NCBI GenBank assembly: GCA_000182565.2
Contig: KQ257450.1
Source: Spizellomyces punctatus DAOM BR117
Taxonomy: Eukaryota
DNA length: 64,000 bases
Reading direction: 5' to 3' (one strand)
The notes under the pieces are model-generated. The model was not told the DNA's origin and ran no database searches. It worked only from the letters and a program-made list of their open reading frames with translations. This document shows, in pieces, positions 40,106 to 50,598 of the stretch (position 1 is the first letter of the stretch; every line of letters begins with the position of its first letter). The position numbers and the translations under genes were made by a program.

Positions 40106-41970
40106 ATTCGCATAGGAGTGCATTGAGTTCCCCACTGTCTTTCATCTGAAGCACCTAACTCCTGCGAGATAAAAGGAGCGAATTTGTTGTCCGCGGCAGT
40201 TGCAGTCTCGCAGCCAGGTGCCATGACCTACACTCGACACATTGCATGCAAAAGTGTGCAACCGTCTTTGTGATTGTACTGAATGCATAGTCTTGGATGA
40301 TCAGCGTCTACTCCTGCAGCTTCCATCTCCGTATTTTGTTTCCGTTGACTTGCGCCAACAACTTGCTGTCTACAGCAGGGGACAGCTATACTGCCTTATC
40401 CCTATACACACACAGCAGGTAATCACCACCGGGTAGCGCTTCTTGATGGTCGATTTCTGAACGTTTGGTTGAAAGGCTTGGCCCCAACCTGTAACGAACT
40501 GAGGAAAGGATACATTTTTAGTAGTAACAAATGAACCATGTCCCCCAAGTATTGCTAATCAGGTACGTATGGGGCGAGTAGTTCACGTTGGAAACCAAAG
40601 ACTTTTCACCTCCCGGGATGAACTCTATGATCCAGGACGTTATAACCATCCTCGCCTCGCCCGGATGTCTTGCTGAGGTGCAATGGCGGTTGCACCTCTA
40701 TTCCGATGGATGAGTGTCCACCCCCCTTCCAATGGGAGAGAGCAGTCGGTCAGAGGCCATCTCCTCCAATTATTAGATGCATTCTAGGATTTAGCACATT
40801 ATTTCAACTACTAGCTGCAATCCAGCCCATCATCCGGCAAGTACTTTTTCCGGTAAGCTGAGCGATTGTAACTACTGGTGGTACTTCCGAAAACCTTTGC
40901 TTAAAGGCCCCGCCTACGGATACCATGCTCAAAATGTTATTCCTTATTGATGAATCCCCATCCACAGCTTCAAGATGTGAGCTTTGTCATGGAAATGTTC
41001 CATCATATCGAAGATTGACAAAGGCTTCTACCGAAGAGCTTCGTTATTTGCAGTATGCTGAACATGGCTTTCCACCACTGTAGTTGTGCATCGTGGCTTC
41101 TAAGCTTTTGAGGGTAGACTGCTGATAACTGCTGATACAGGTTGAGAGAGCCCAAGGAATGCAACTGAATATTTAACCAGCTTTTCAGTTATCATGGTGT
41201 ATCAACGCTTGTTATGCCTGAGGTGCAGAATTTGCCAAGCGAAGCGTAATGGTAAGTAGAACGACCACACAAGAGGCCGGGCGAACGTGGTCTCAATACA
41301 GGACAACGGGGGGACAGTAGGGAAGAGGTGGAATCCAAGACCACACGCCAACAAGTTGCTCGGTCGATGCCCAAAAAAACGAGACCAACTCTATACGGAC
41401 TCAAGAGCTCTCATTCCTCTTCTTGGTTTTCTCCATGGTCCCATCATCCCCCAGTGCGGTGACAATAATATACACATCACTTTGCACACTACAAGTAACA
41501 CATTTCAATCACCGTATCGTTTACACGCCCGATGTTACGGATATGCATGATATGCCTCTCACGTATTGCTCCGCACCCAGCAAGATACACTTTGAGTCTC
41601 TTGAAGCGTTCACTTTAAATATAATACATGTAGAGAGCACAAATGGTTTTCAGTTCGTGGCCCTTCACCGTACGCTATCCTGCCTCAACTAGAGTCGTTG
41701 GGATCCCATCAAATACATGATGCAAACGACGGAATAGAACTCTTTTCCACAGCAAACCTTCCTTCTACCTCCCCCCATCTACACTACTCTACATTGCTTT
41801 ACAAATATCTTCTGCTGCTGGTCCGCCAGGCAGCAACCTTCAACCTTGAAGGTCCCAAAAGAAACCAAACAAGCCATCCCTATAACCACACTAATGTGAC
41901 TCCAACCGTCCAAGACGTCGTTTGCGATCGTCGTCCTGCTGGCCATTTGCTTCTTGTTGACCAAAAGATC

Positions 41971-43092
41971 ATGACGATATACTCGGCAGCACCGGGAAAT
42001 GTAACGCCGCTCAAGTCACCCATCCCATCAATGCACTGGTCTCGCGTCCCAATGCGAGGGACACACATTCCCCCTCCTCTCCGCGCCCACACAACTACAG
42101 CCCTCCATTCCAAACTCTACGTATTCGGTGGGTGCGACGCCAAATCATGTTTCAACCAGCTCTGGGTATTCGATACGGAATCCTTATGGTGGACCCGGCC
42201 AGTGGTGAGGGGGTCTGTTCCGCGTACCGTGCGAGCGCATGCGGCATGTGTCATAGCGGACCGGTATATCGTTTATTTTGGCGGTGGGGACGGCCCGGTG
42301 TATTATGATGGAGTGTATGTGTTGGATACGGTTGAGATGGCTTGGCATACGCCGAGGGTCAGTGGGGTGGCGCCTTCTGCGAGGCGGGCGCATACAATGT
42401 GGGTTTGGGAGGGGGATGTATATGTGTATGCGGGTGGGGATGGTGTGAGGGCTTTGAATGATGTGTTTGTATTGAGGATGGGCAAGAGTGGGTTTGGGGA
42501 TTCAAAGCGGGGGGATCCGAGAGGTTTGAATGATGCGGGGCCAGATGCGAGACATGGGGAGACTCTAGAAGACAGTCTTGTTGTTGAATGGCAAGTGGTG
42601 GAAACGCGGGGACCTGTCCCATCTCATCGGGGTTACCACACCTCGACACGCATCGGCCACACACCTCATGTCCTCGTGTACGGCGGGTCAGACGGCCACG
42701 AATGTTTTTCCGACGTGTCCCTCCTCGACATGCAAACCCTCACCTGGAAATCCATCTCCCTCGACCGAGCCTTCCCGCGCCTCTCCCACACTGCGACCCA
42801 AGTGGGATCCTACCTCTTTGTTCTAGGCGGACACGACGGAACACGATACGGCAACGAAGCACTATTGTTGAATCTTGTGACCATGAATTGGGAGACGAGG
42901 AATGTGTGTGGGAGTGGGCCTGAAGGAAGGGGGTATCATTCTGCATGTTTGGTGGATTCGCGGGTATGGGTGTTTGGAGGGTATGATGGGACGAGAGTGT
43001 ATGGGGATATGTGGGTGCTCGAGTTGAGTGCGAGTGCGTATTTGCCTCAGATTACTGCTTTTGAGGTGGGATGTGGAGATGACGTCCTGTGA
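41971..43092 (+). CDS. Kelch-repeat beta-propeller protein, intronless
   Basis: Six repeats of RxH..VFGG..W (LRAHT..VFGG, VRAHA..FGGG, RRAHT..AGGD, RGYHT..YGGS, RLSHT..LGGH, RGYHS..FGGY). Confidence 0.92.
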   Translation: MTIYSAAPGNVTPLKSPIPSMHWSRVPMRGTHIPPPLRAHTTTALHSKLYVFGGCDAKSCFNQLWVFDTESLWWTRPVVRGSVPRTVRAHAACVIADRYIVYFGGGDGPVYYDGVYVLDTVEMAWHTPRVSGVAPSARRAHTMWVWEGDVYVYAGGDGVRALNDVFVLRMGKSGFGDSKRGDPRGLNDAGPDARHGETLEDSLVVEWQVVETRGPVPSHRGYHTSTRIGHTPHVLVYGGSDGHECFSDVSLLDMQTLTWKSISLDRAFPRLSHTATQVGSYLFVLGGHDGTRYGNEALLLNLVTMNWETRNVCGSGPEGRGYHSACLVDSRVWVFGGYDGTRVYGDMWVLELSASAYLPQITAFEVGCGDDVL

Positions 43093-43500
43093 TGTGCAGT
43101 GTGCAATGACGTCCGGTGAGGTGTGGTATCCACATACATGCAGAACATGTGCACAGGCACAAAATGCGCACACAAGTGTAAGTGATTGGGATGTATCTAT
43201 AGAATAGAGAATGGTTTCCTCGAGTTCACAGTCGGCAAGGGATTCATCCTCCCTGATAGCACAACTTCCCTTCCTTCTTTCTCCATATACAATAAAGGAT
43301 CAGACACATCTCTAGGACGAATGTCTAATCTTGTAGTTGCGTTCATGGAGGAGGTGTGCAAAGGCAACGGAATAGCAAGTCATTGGCAGTGGAAAGAAAA
43401 GTCGGAGATGCAAAGAGTCCAAGCCCCATTAGATGACTGTGCCACACACAAATGCTCGCTTGCTGCAAGTTGCTCTTGCTTTGTTTCCATCCAGACGATC

Positions 43501-46500
43501 ATGTTGGGAGGCTCGCAGGTATTTTTATTCGTCATTACACTACATGACACACCTTTTCACATTTGCTTTGTTACGTTCAGGATGCCCCTGCGCACTCTCA
43601 TCAACGCGCACAAAACGAACGCTTACGCCTATTACTCGCCCGCGCAAGCATCTACTCTTCTTTCCTCGCAGACAACCTCGCACAACGACAACTCTCATGT
43701 GCCCAGGGCAACCGCATGTCCCTCTCTACATCTTCAGAGAATGTCGTAGCAGAATTCTCTGACCCTGACCCAGAACCTCCTGCCCGCGTCACACGGCGAA
43801 AGGGTGCCAGACCAAAGAGGCATCCACGCGTTCAACCAGATCGACCCGACAAGGTGCAAGAGGATCGCGTGCATGAGGTGCTCAGTGAGGGGCGGACAAA
43901 GAGACAACCGAGTCTTGTCACGGGTGGTGAAATGAGAGAGTATCAGTTGGTGGGCATGGAATGGTTGATTAGTTTGTATGAGAATGGGTTGAGTGGGATC
44001 CTTGCCGATGAAATGGGTTTGGGAAAGGTATGTTGCCGATCCACGCCAAAGGGTGGGATTTTTACAAAAGAAAGAGGAGTGGATTGCCATTCACGTCGAG
44101 CATTTGGGAGCCAATGTGGTGATAACCAACGAGGTGTGATACCGTACTTTTTTATTAAGAAAAGAGATGGGCCGGGGATCCGCGCGTTAGCCTGGCGATC
44201 GCCAATGGTGAAAGGATGACTATAGACTTTTTTAGCGATCAAGCATCTCCTTGACGTCCAGCATGGATCACAGTGCTGATTAGAATTACAGAGGAATGCC
44301 GAGCTAGGGATCCGAAGCGATCATGTATGATTGAATGCAAACGCTCAACGTGACCTTATGCAAACAGAGAGGGATGGCGCCGTTTCGAGGGTTATGCCGA
44401 TCGGGATCTAAAGTAATGGCTTTCGCCTGCATTATCGTTTGATCATTCCTCTCTTAGTGTCTCCCTCGACTCGGCAGCACGCCCTCTCAATTCACTTATC
44501 CCCACTCTAACGTACATATCCCCCCGACACATACAGACCCTTCAATGTATAGCGTTCCTCGCCCACCTCTACGAAGTCGGCACAAAGGGCCCCTTCCTCA
44601 TTGTCGCCCCTCTCTCCACCATCACCAACTGGGTCGCAGAGTTTAAGCATTGGGCGCCTAGTATTCCCGTCGTGTTGTATCATGGGGATAAAGTCGAGAG
44701 AGGGTGGTTGAGGAAGAACAAATTTGGGGTTGGGGTTGTTGTTACGACTTTTGAGGTTGTTTTGAGGGATCGAACATGGCTTCAGGTGGGTTATTTTTTT
44801 GAACACTGCTGTGAGCGGTGGGTGGGCCGGTGGGGAATCGTCGCGAGGGGAAAAATAAAGAAACGCTTGAAAAAAGCATCAAACGGAAATGAGCATGGGC
44901 CGGTGGGTGAGGAACAGAGTGCTCTTGCGGTAGAGGGGCATTGGGAGAAAGCAGTACCGCGTATCTGCACGATTGTGGTATTGTGTGCGCATACAATAGT
45001 GCTGAGTGGGGAGTGCACTATACCCGTCTTGCGACACAGTCTAATACTCACATGTTGATTAGAACTACACGTGGACATACATTATCATTGACGAAGGACA
45101 CCGACTCAAAAACCTAGACTGCAAACTCATTCGGGAATTGAAGCGGTATCCGGCTGCCAATCGGTTACTACTCACTGGAACACCGTTACAGGTAAACTTG
45201 TCCGCGTACCATTGTGCAAAAGAAGAAGTGTACAAACAACGCAGCCATCTGGTTTTTTCCTAGAACAATTTAGAGGAACTTTGGTCCCTACTTAATTTCG
45301 TCATGCCTGAAGTCTTTCATGATCGGTCATTGTTTACGTCCCTATTTTCCACCCCTACCGACACACCCGACACACCCAACAAAGACACACCCGACACGGA
45401 CACACCCACAGAGAATACAACCGACACAACAAGCCTCCCAACCCTCCACGCCATCCTAAAACCCTTTTTGCTCCGTCGCATCAAATCCGAAGTTGACCTC
45501 TCCATCCCACCTAAACGCGAGTGGATCATTTACTGCCCGTTAACGACCATGCAAAAAGAATTGTATGATGCGGTTCGGGAGGGGAGGTTACGTGAAAAGG
45601 TTGTGGAGCTGTTGATGGGGCGTGATGATCTTGGTATGTACTGGTGTTGCTTGTTTGTTTTATGCGGCGTGATGGGACTCGAAAATTTGAATGTGTTTTT
45701 CTTGTGTTTGTATAGATGAGAAAGACTTTGTGGATTTGTCAGATGATGTGGATCAGGATGTCGTTTTAGCGGCGGACCTTGATTTTGAGCAGACTGATGG
45801 TACGTGTCCGCGGTTTGTGTGGATTTGTGTGCATGCGTTTTTTTTAATGTGATCGTGTAGGTGTACGGCGGGTAGTGAAACGGTTTCGAGAAGAAGATGA
45901 GGATGCGGATATCGAAAAAGCGCATGCCGTTCGTGTGTATTTCTATTGTGGTTTCTTTTTTTTTGAGTATGCTGATGATGGATATGGTTCTAGAGGTTAC
46001 AGTCAAGTCCCAAAAGCTCCAAAGCCCCATCATGCAATTCCGTAAAGTATGTAACCACCCCTTCCTATTCTTTGGTCACCAAGACGAGACTCCAGTTCCC
46101 ACCAGCACCAGCACCTACCTCCCCTTCGACCCAACCCACTCCACTCAGCCCCTCATTACCCTCTCTGGTAAATTCCTCACCCTCGACCGCCTCCTCCCTC
46201 ACCTCCTCCCCACCCACAAAATCCTCCTCTTTTCCCAAATGACACGCACACTTTCCCTCCTCTCGACATACCTCTCACTCCGTCATATCCCCCATTGCAG
46301 GCTAGACGGCTCCACACCTCTCGAAGTCCGTCAAACTGAAATCCACCGTTTCACCCATACAGATACCCCAATCTTTTTATTATCGACGCGCGCGGGAGGG
46401 TTAGGACTCAACCTCACTGCAGCGGATACAGTCATCTTGTTTGATTCCGACTGGAACCCGCAATGTGACCTTCAAGCCATGGACCGTGTCCACCGGATTG

Positions 46501-46894
46501 GACAAACGAAACATGTGTTGGTTTTACGGTTTATTTGTAAAGGAACCGTTGAGGAACGGGTTGTTGAGTGTGCCAATCGTAAAAGGAAATTGGAACGGGT
46601 GGTTGTTCATGAACGTATGTTATGTTTGTGCTTTTGTGTTTTTCAGACGCTTTGTATAACCTTTATTATTTTGTAGGGCTGTTCAAGGGCACACATCAAG
46701 ATTTTGTGTCGAATACGAGTGTACCGGATTCAGAGGTGTTGGGGATTTTAAGGGAGCGGGTTGTGGTTGATGCTGTTGGGGAGGGCTTGGTGACGGACGA
46801 GGAGGTTCAGAGGGTTTTGTGTCGGGATTTCAGTCAGAAAGCAACGTCCAGTGGGGATGGAGGGCATGATGGGGGGAGGGTGAGGATGGTCTAA
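43501..46894 (+). CDS. HELLS: HELLS/LSH/DDM1 (Irc5)-like SNF2 chromatin remodeler, multi-exon
   Basis: [16 protein letters not shown] (HELLS N-terminus), [87 protein letters not shown]. Confidence 0.9.
45356..45430 (+). repeat. Coding GACACACCC-type micro-repeat (DTP repeats) in the HELLS-like gene
   Basis: [20 protein letters not shown]. Confidence 0.7.
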
Positions 46895-47121
46895 GTGTTT
46901 TTTCTTGGTGGTATTGTTTTTATGTACTTTGCTTATTGGTGTATCGGTCACTTTTGCTGTTGCTCTTTTGGCGTACTTGTAAAACAAAATGAATGTGCAA
47001 GTCTAAACAGTTTTATTCGTACTCGTTTCTATCAAACATCTATGTGCTGTGCTAGTGACGTTGCGCATAGTGTGGCCGTCTTCTAAAAAACTCTACAGCG
47101 TTCCCAGCGGGCGCACCACTC

Positions 47122-47607
47122 TCACCACCCACCTTGCTCACGCACAACTCGCACGACCTCTTCCAACCCTACCCGATCCTCCTCAGTAAATCCCCCAACA
47201 TCCCTACAATCCACATCCAAAACCCCCACCAAAACCCCGTCAACAACAACCGGGACAACAATCTCACTCTGACTGGCGGAATCACATGCAATATGTCCCG
47301 GAAATGCATGCACGTCGGGAACAACCACTGTTGCCTTTTCTCTCGCCGCTTTACCGCACACACCCTTTGAGAATGGGATTAACGTACATGCGACTTGCCC
47401 GTGAAAAGGGCCTAGGTAGAGTGTATCGGGTTTTGCGGCCTTGTGTGTGCCCGTCAGATAAAAACCGACCCAGTTGATGTTGCGGGTGGGAGGGTAGGCA
47501 TGGTAGAGGAGAGCAGCGGTGTTGGCGAGGTTGGAGGTAATGGGGAGGGAAGGGTCGAGGAGGGAGACGAGTTGGGTAACGAGGTTTGTGTAGAATGGAG
47601 TGGTCAT
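47122..47607 (-). CDS. Free methionine-R-sulfoxide reductase (GAF domain, fRMsr/MsrC), intronless
   Basis: NLANTAALL, NWVGFYL, LGPFHGQVAC, GVCG, DVHAFPGHIACDSASQSEIVVP, GVLDVD. Confidence 0.94.
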   Translation of the reverse strand: MTTPFYTNLVTQLVSLLDPSLPITSNLANTAALLYHAYPPTRNINWVGFYLTGTHKAAKPDTLYLGPFHGQVACTLIPFSKGVCGKAAREKATVVVPDVHAFPGHIACDSASQSEIVVPVVVDGVLVGVLDVDCRDVGGFTEEDRVGLEEVVRVVREQGGW

Positions 47608-47841
47608 GATGAAAAAGTTACGGACGTTGTTACTGGTAGGCGAAAACAAGTCTCTGGTCAACTCTGTAAATGACAATTGCTTGACGAAGAGGATTGGGGG
47701 AAAGCAACGTTGGAAAGAAAATGTTTGAAATGAGGAATCTTGAGCTTTTTATAAACTGTTTGCGTGCGGTGGGCAACAAATCGCGCGAGATCTTGACTGG
47801 ACTCGGTAGATCACATTTTGGGCCATCAACCATCTTGCACC

Positions 47842-50595
47842 ATGTCGTCGTCGTCGTCGTCGTCTTCGTCCATTGCATCACTCCTCACACCCCTCACGGC
47901 AAACCTCCACATTCCACCCACCCTCCACCACCTCAAAACATTCATTCCATCAAGCACCCGCGGAGACCTCACCCGAATCTTTCACGTAAACTCTCAATGA
48001 ATTGCATTGCATGGTTTTTGCGTTATGTTCTCATTTCTTCAAAAAAAACTAGTAGTGGTGCATATCCCACTACGCCCGCACAAACACCACAGACGCATTC
48101 TCGACATGCATCCCAAAAAACCTAGTTCAAACGCATCCCGCCGTCAACGAGATTTATGTATTGACATTATCGGCCAGTCTTGCTCACGAGGGACTCACAA
48201 AAGTATTCTTCAAGGTAACGTTTTTACACTTTTGCCATCTACAGTTTTGATCATAAGGTTTATTTGGGAAAAAAAGCTCCTCGTAGAAGGCCCTCCGAAA
48301 TTCATTTGGCTCGTACCTTACGCACTCTCAACAACCGAGACGTTGATTGCATTTCATACGTACATGATGGAATCCTACAACAAACGAAATACTATTTTGG
48401 AAAACCTTGATAAAGCATTGTAAGTTGCCCCTTCCTCCAACGCTTGCATACATGAATATGCAAGACGGTACACTAACAATGTTGCGTGTAGTGTTTTGGG
48501 ACCACTGGATACGCTGTTAAATCATATATTCAGTTACCTCCTGACGAGGTGGTCGCCAAAAGTTTTGGAGAGTTTGAAAGAGTGTTTGGATGTGTATGCG
48601 GCTAGGAGGGGTAGGTTCACCGTTGTAAAATGCTTTTTTTTTCTGCTCAATGCGTTTGTCAAAATAGATGAAATGTTAATGGATATTTTGATTTTGTAGA
48701 AAAGTATGTGGTGGGGTACTTGGTGACGCTCACGGTGATTTGCCCCACGTTTCTTGAGCGTATGTGTTTTGTCATGTTGTTTGCTTTCATATCTGATGGT
48801 CGTTCCTAATGTTGTCGCTGATGGTTCAGAATTTGGAAATGAATTGGTGGAGATGGTTGGGATGTATGTTGAAGGTATGTGCGGGGGTGGGCAAGTAAAG
48901 GGTGCTGGGTAAGTTTTTAGTGTGTCTCCAAAAAGGTGTTTGGTTGTGATGAATCTCGTCTTTTCTCACTATTCCGTATTCATCAATATCCGCCATACTA
49001 CGTTGAAGTCCACCCGCATTCCTCGACGACATCCTCCCCCCCTACATCCACTACCTCCTCACCAAACACCCAACCCTCACACCTCCCATCACTCTCCTTC
49101 TCTCCCGAGCATCTAATTCCCCCTCTTCCTCACCCCTGGCCCAAACCCTCCTCTACAACACTCTCCAAACCATTCTAAAAGACCTAACCCAAAACGGCGC
49201 ATCCCCCCTTCTCCCCGCTTTTCGCACCCATTTCACCCGTCTAACCCAATCAGCATCCCAAAACTATCTCTGCGAAGCATTATGGATCCTGTGCATCATA
49301 ACATTTGGGCACGAAGCGATTATACGGGACGCTCACCTCCTTACACCCTCCCTGTTGGGATTACTTGATGAGACAAACCTCTTGAAGTATGTATTCCTGA
49401 CATTGGATTTAAGACCTATTTTACTCGCATTTAAACTTTTTGCTGACCTTTAAACAGTCAGACAATAACGTCGGTTCTTGTCTCACTTGACACATACCCT
49501 CCCAAAACACGTACACACATTCTCGAATCCCTTCGCCGCTTTACGCACGTCCTACGTCCCAATTACCGTTTACTTGAACCACATGTTCGCGACCCAGTTA
49601 CGCGACACGCGGCATTGGCATTGTGGGTCGGTGGGCCGGCGGAGGTGATTGAGACGGTGTTGGGCATTTGGATGCAAGTACGTGAGGAACGAGGGATTTG
49701 TGAAGAAGTTGTAAAGAGTATGGAGGGTGAGAAAGTTGTGTACGGGGTTTTGGAGTGGGTTCGACGGGCGGAGTTGACGAGTGAGGAGTGGAGTGTGTTG
49801 GCGGGTTTGGCAGGTATGCTCATCAGGTTTTTCTTTACCACTCTATATAAAACTGTTTAATTCATCGCACTTTTATTGACAAGGTCCATCGCATCGACCG
49901 CTCTTGGCTCGCCTTTTTTCCAAATCCCTCACACATCACCCTCCGACGCCCCTTGGATGCTACACCCTCCCAGCCATGCCAACCACCCCTCGCGACAAGA
50001 CCCTCGTCCACATTTTTCAAACACATAGAGGATTATGGGGCGTATTGGACGTAATTGGCCAGGGTACGGTCATCATGAATCACAAACCAGACGTTATACT
50101 GAAATTCTTGTTTTGTCGTAGACTATGAAGCGACTGTATACGCAGTAGACGTGTTTCGGCCCCTCCTGGCATACAGCATCGCATTCTGGTCTCAATCCCA
50201 TCGAAGTCCTTCTCAACACCCCTACGAGTTCGACAGCGCAGTTCGAGTGATCACATTACTGAGCAAGGTAATTTTTCATTTCATTCTATTCGTCATGATA
50301 TTCGTAAACGATGCTCGTTACGATCACCTTCTCACGAGACATTCCTTTACAGTCCCAGATCCTGCCTGCTCCACTTGCACATGCTCATCTGATGGTGACG
50401 GATCTTTCACCCAAGGACCTGACAAGCATCCTCGGTATCTGCTGGGACATCTTCGCGCTCTACACCATCCCACCCCCTCCAAAGCCCCTCTCACCGTCCG
50501 ACATACCCAACTGGAAACAACACTTGAAAACAGTGCAAGGCATCGTGAAGCGCCATGTACACCTGACGGCACCCTACATGGGCCTGTTTTTCTGA
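47842..50595 (+). CDS. Integrator complex subunit 5-like protein, multi-exon
   Basis: C-terminal exons RDKTLVHIFQTHRGLWGVLDVIG..VFRPLLAYSIAFW..PYEFDSAVRVITLL|SQILPAPL..LSPKDLTSILGICWD..HLKTVQGIVKRHV..GLFF are colinear with the remembered INTS5 C-terminus. Confidence 0.6.
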
Positions 50596-50598
50596 GCG

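Noticed and set aside
40503-40514. U12-type 5' splice site GTATCCTTT on the minus strand
   Set aside because: No host ORF or U12 branch site could be identified.
44210-44380. U3 or U6-like RNA (GACTATA..GATCA; ACAGAGA), TPP riboswitch or hammerhead in the HELLS intron
   Set aside because: Only isolated short matches; the remaining conserved boxes and cores are missing.
44386-44396. Telomerase RNA template (antisense TAACCCT) inside the structured intron
   Set aside because: Only 7 nt match a TTAGGG-type template, lacking the expected roughly 1.5 repeats, and no pseudoknot could be supported.
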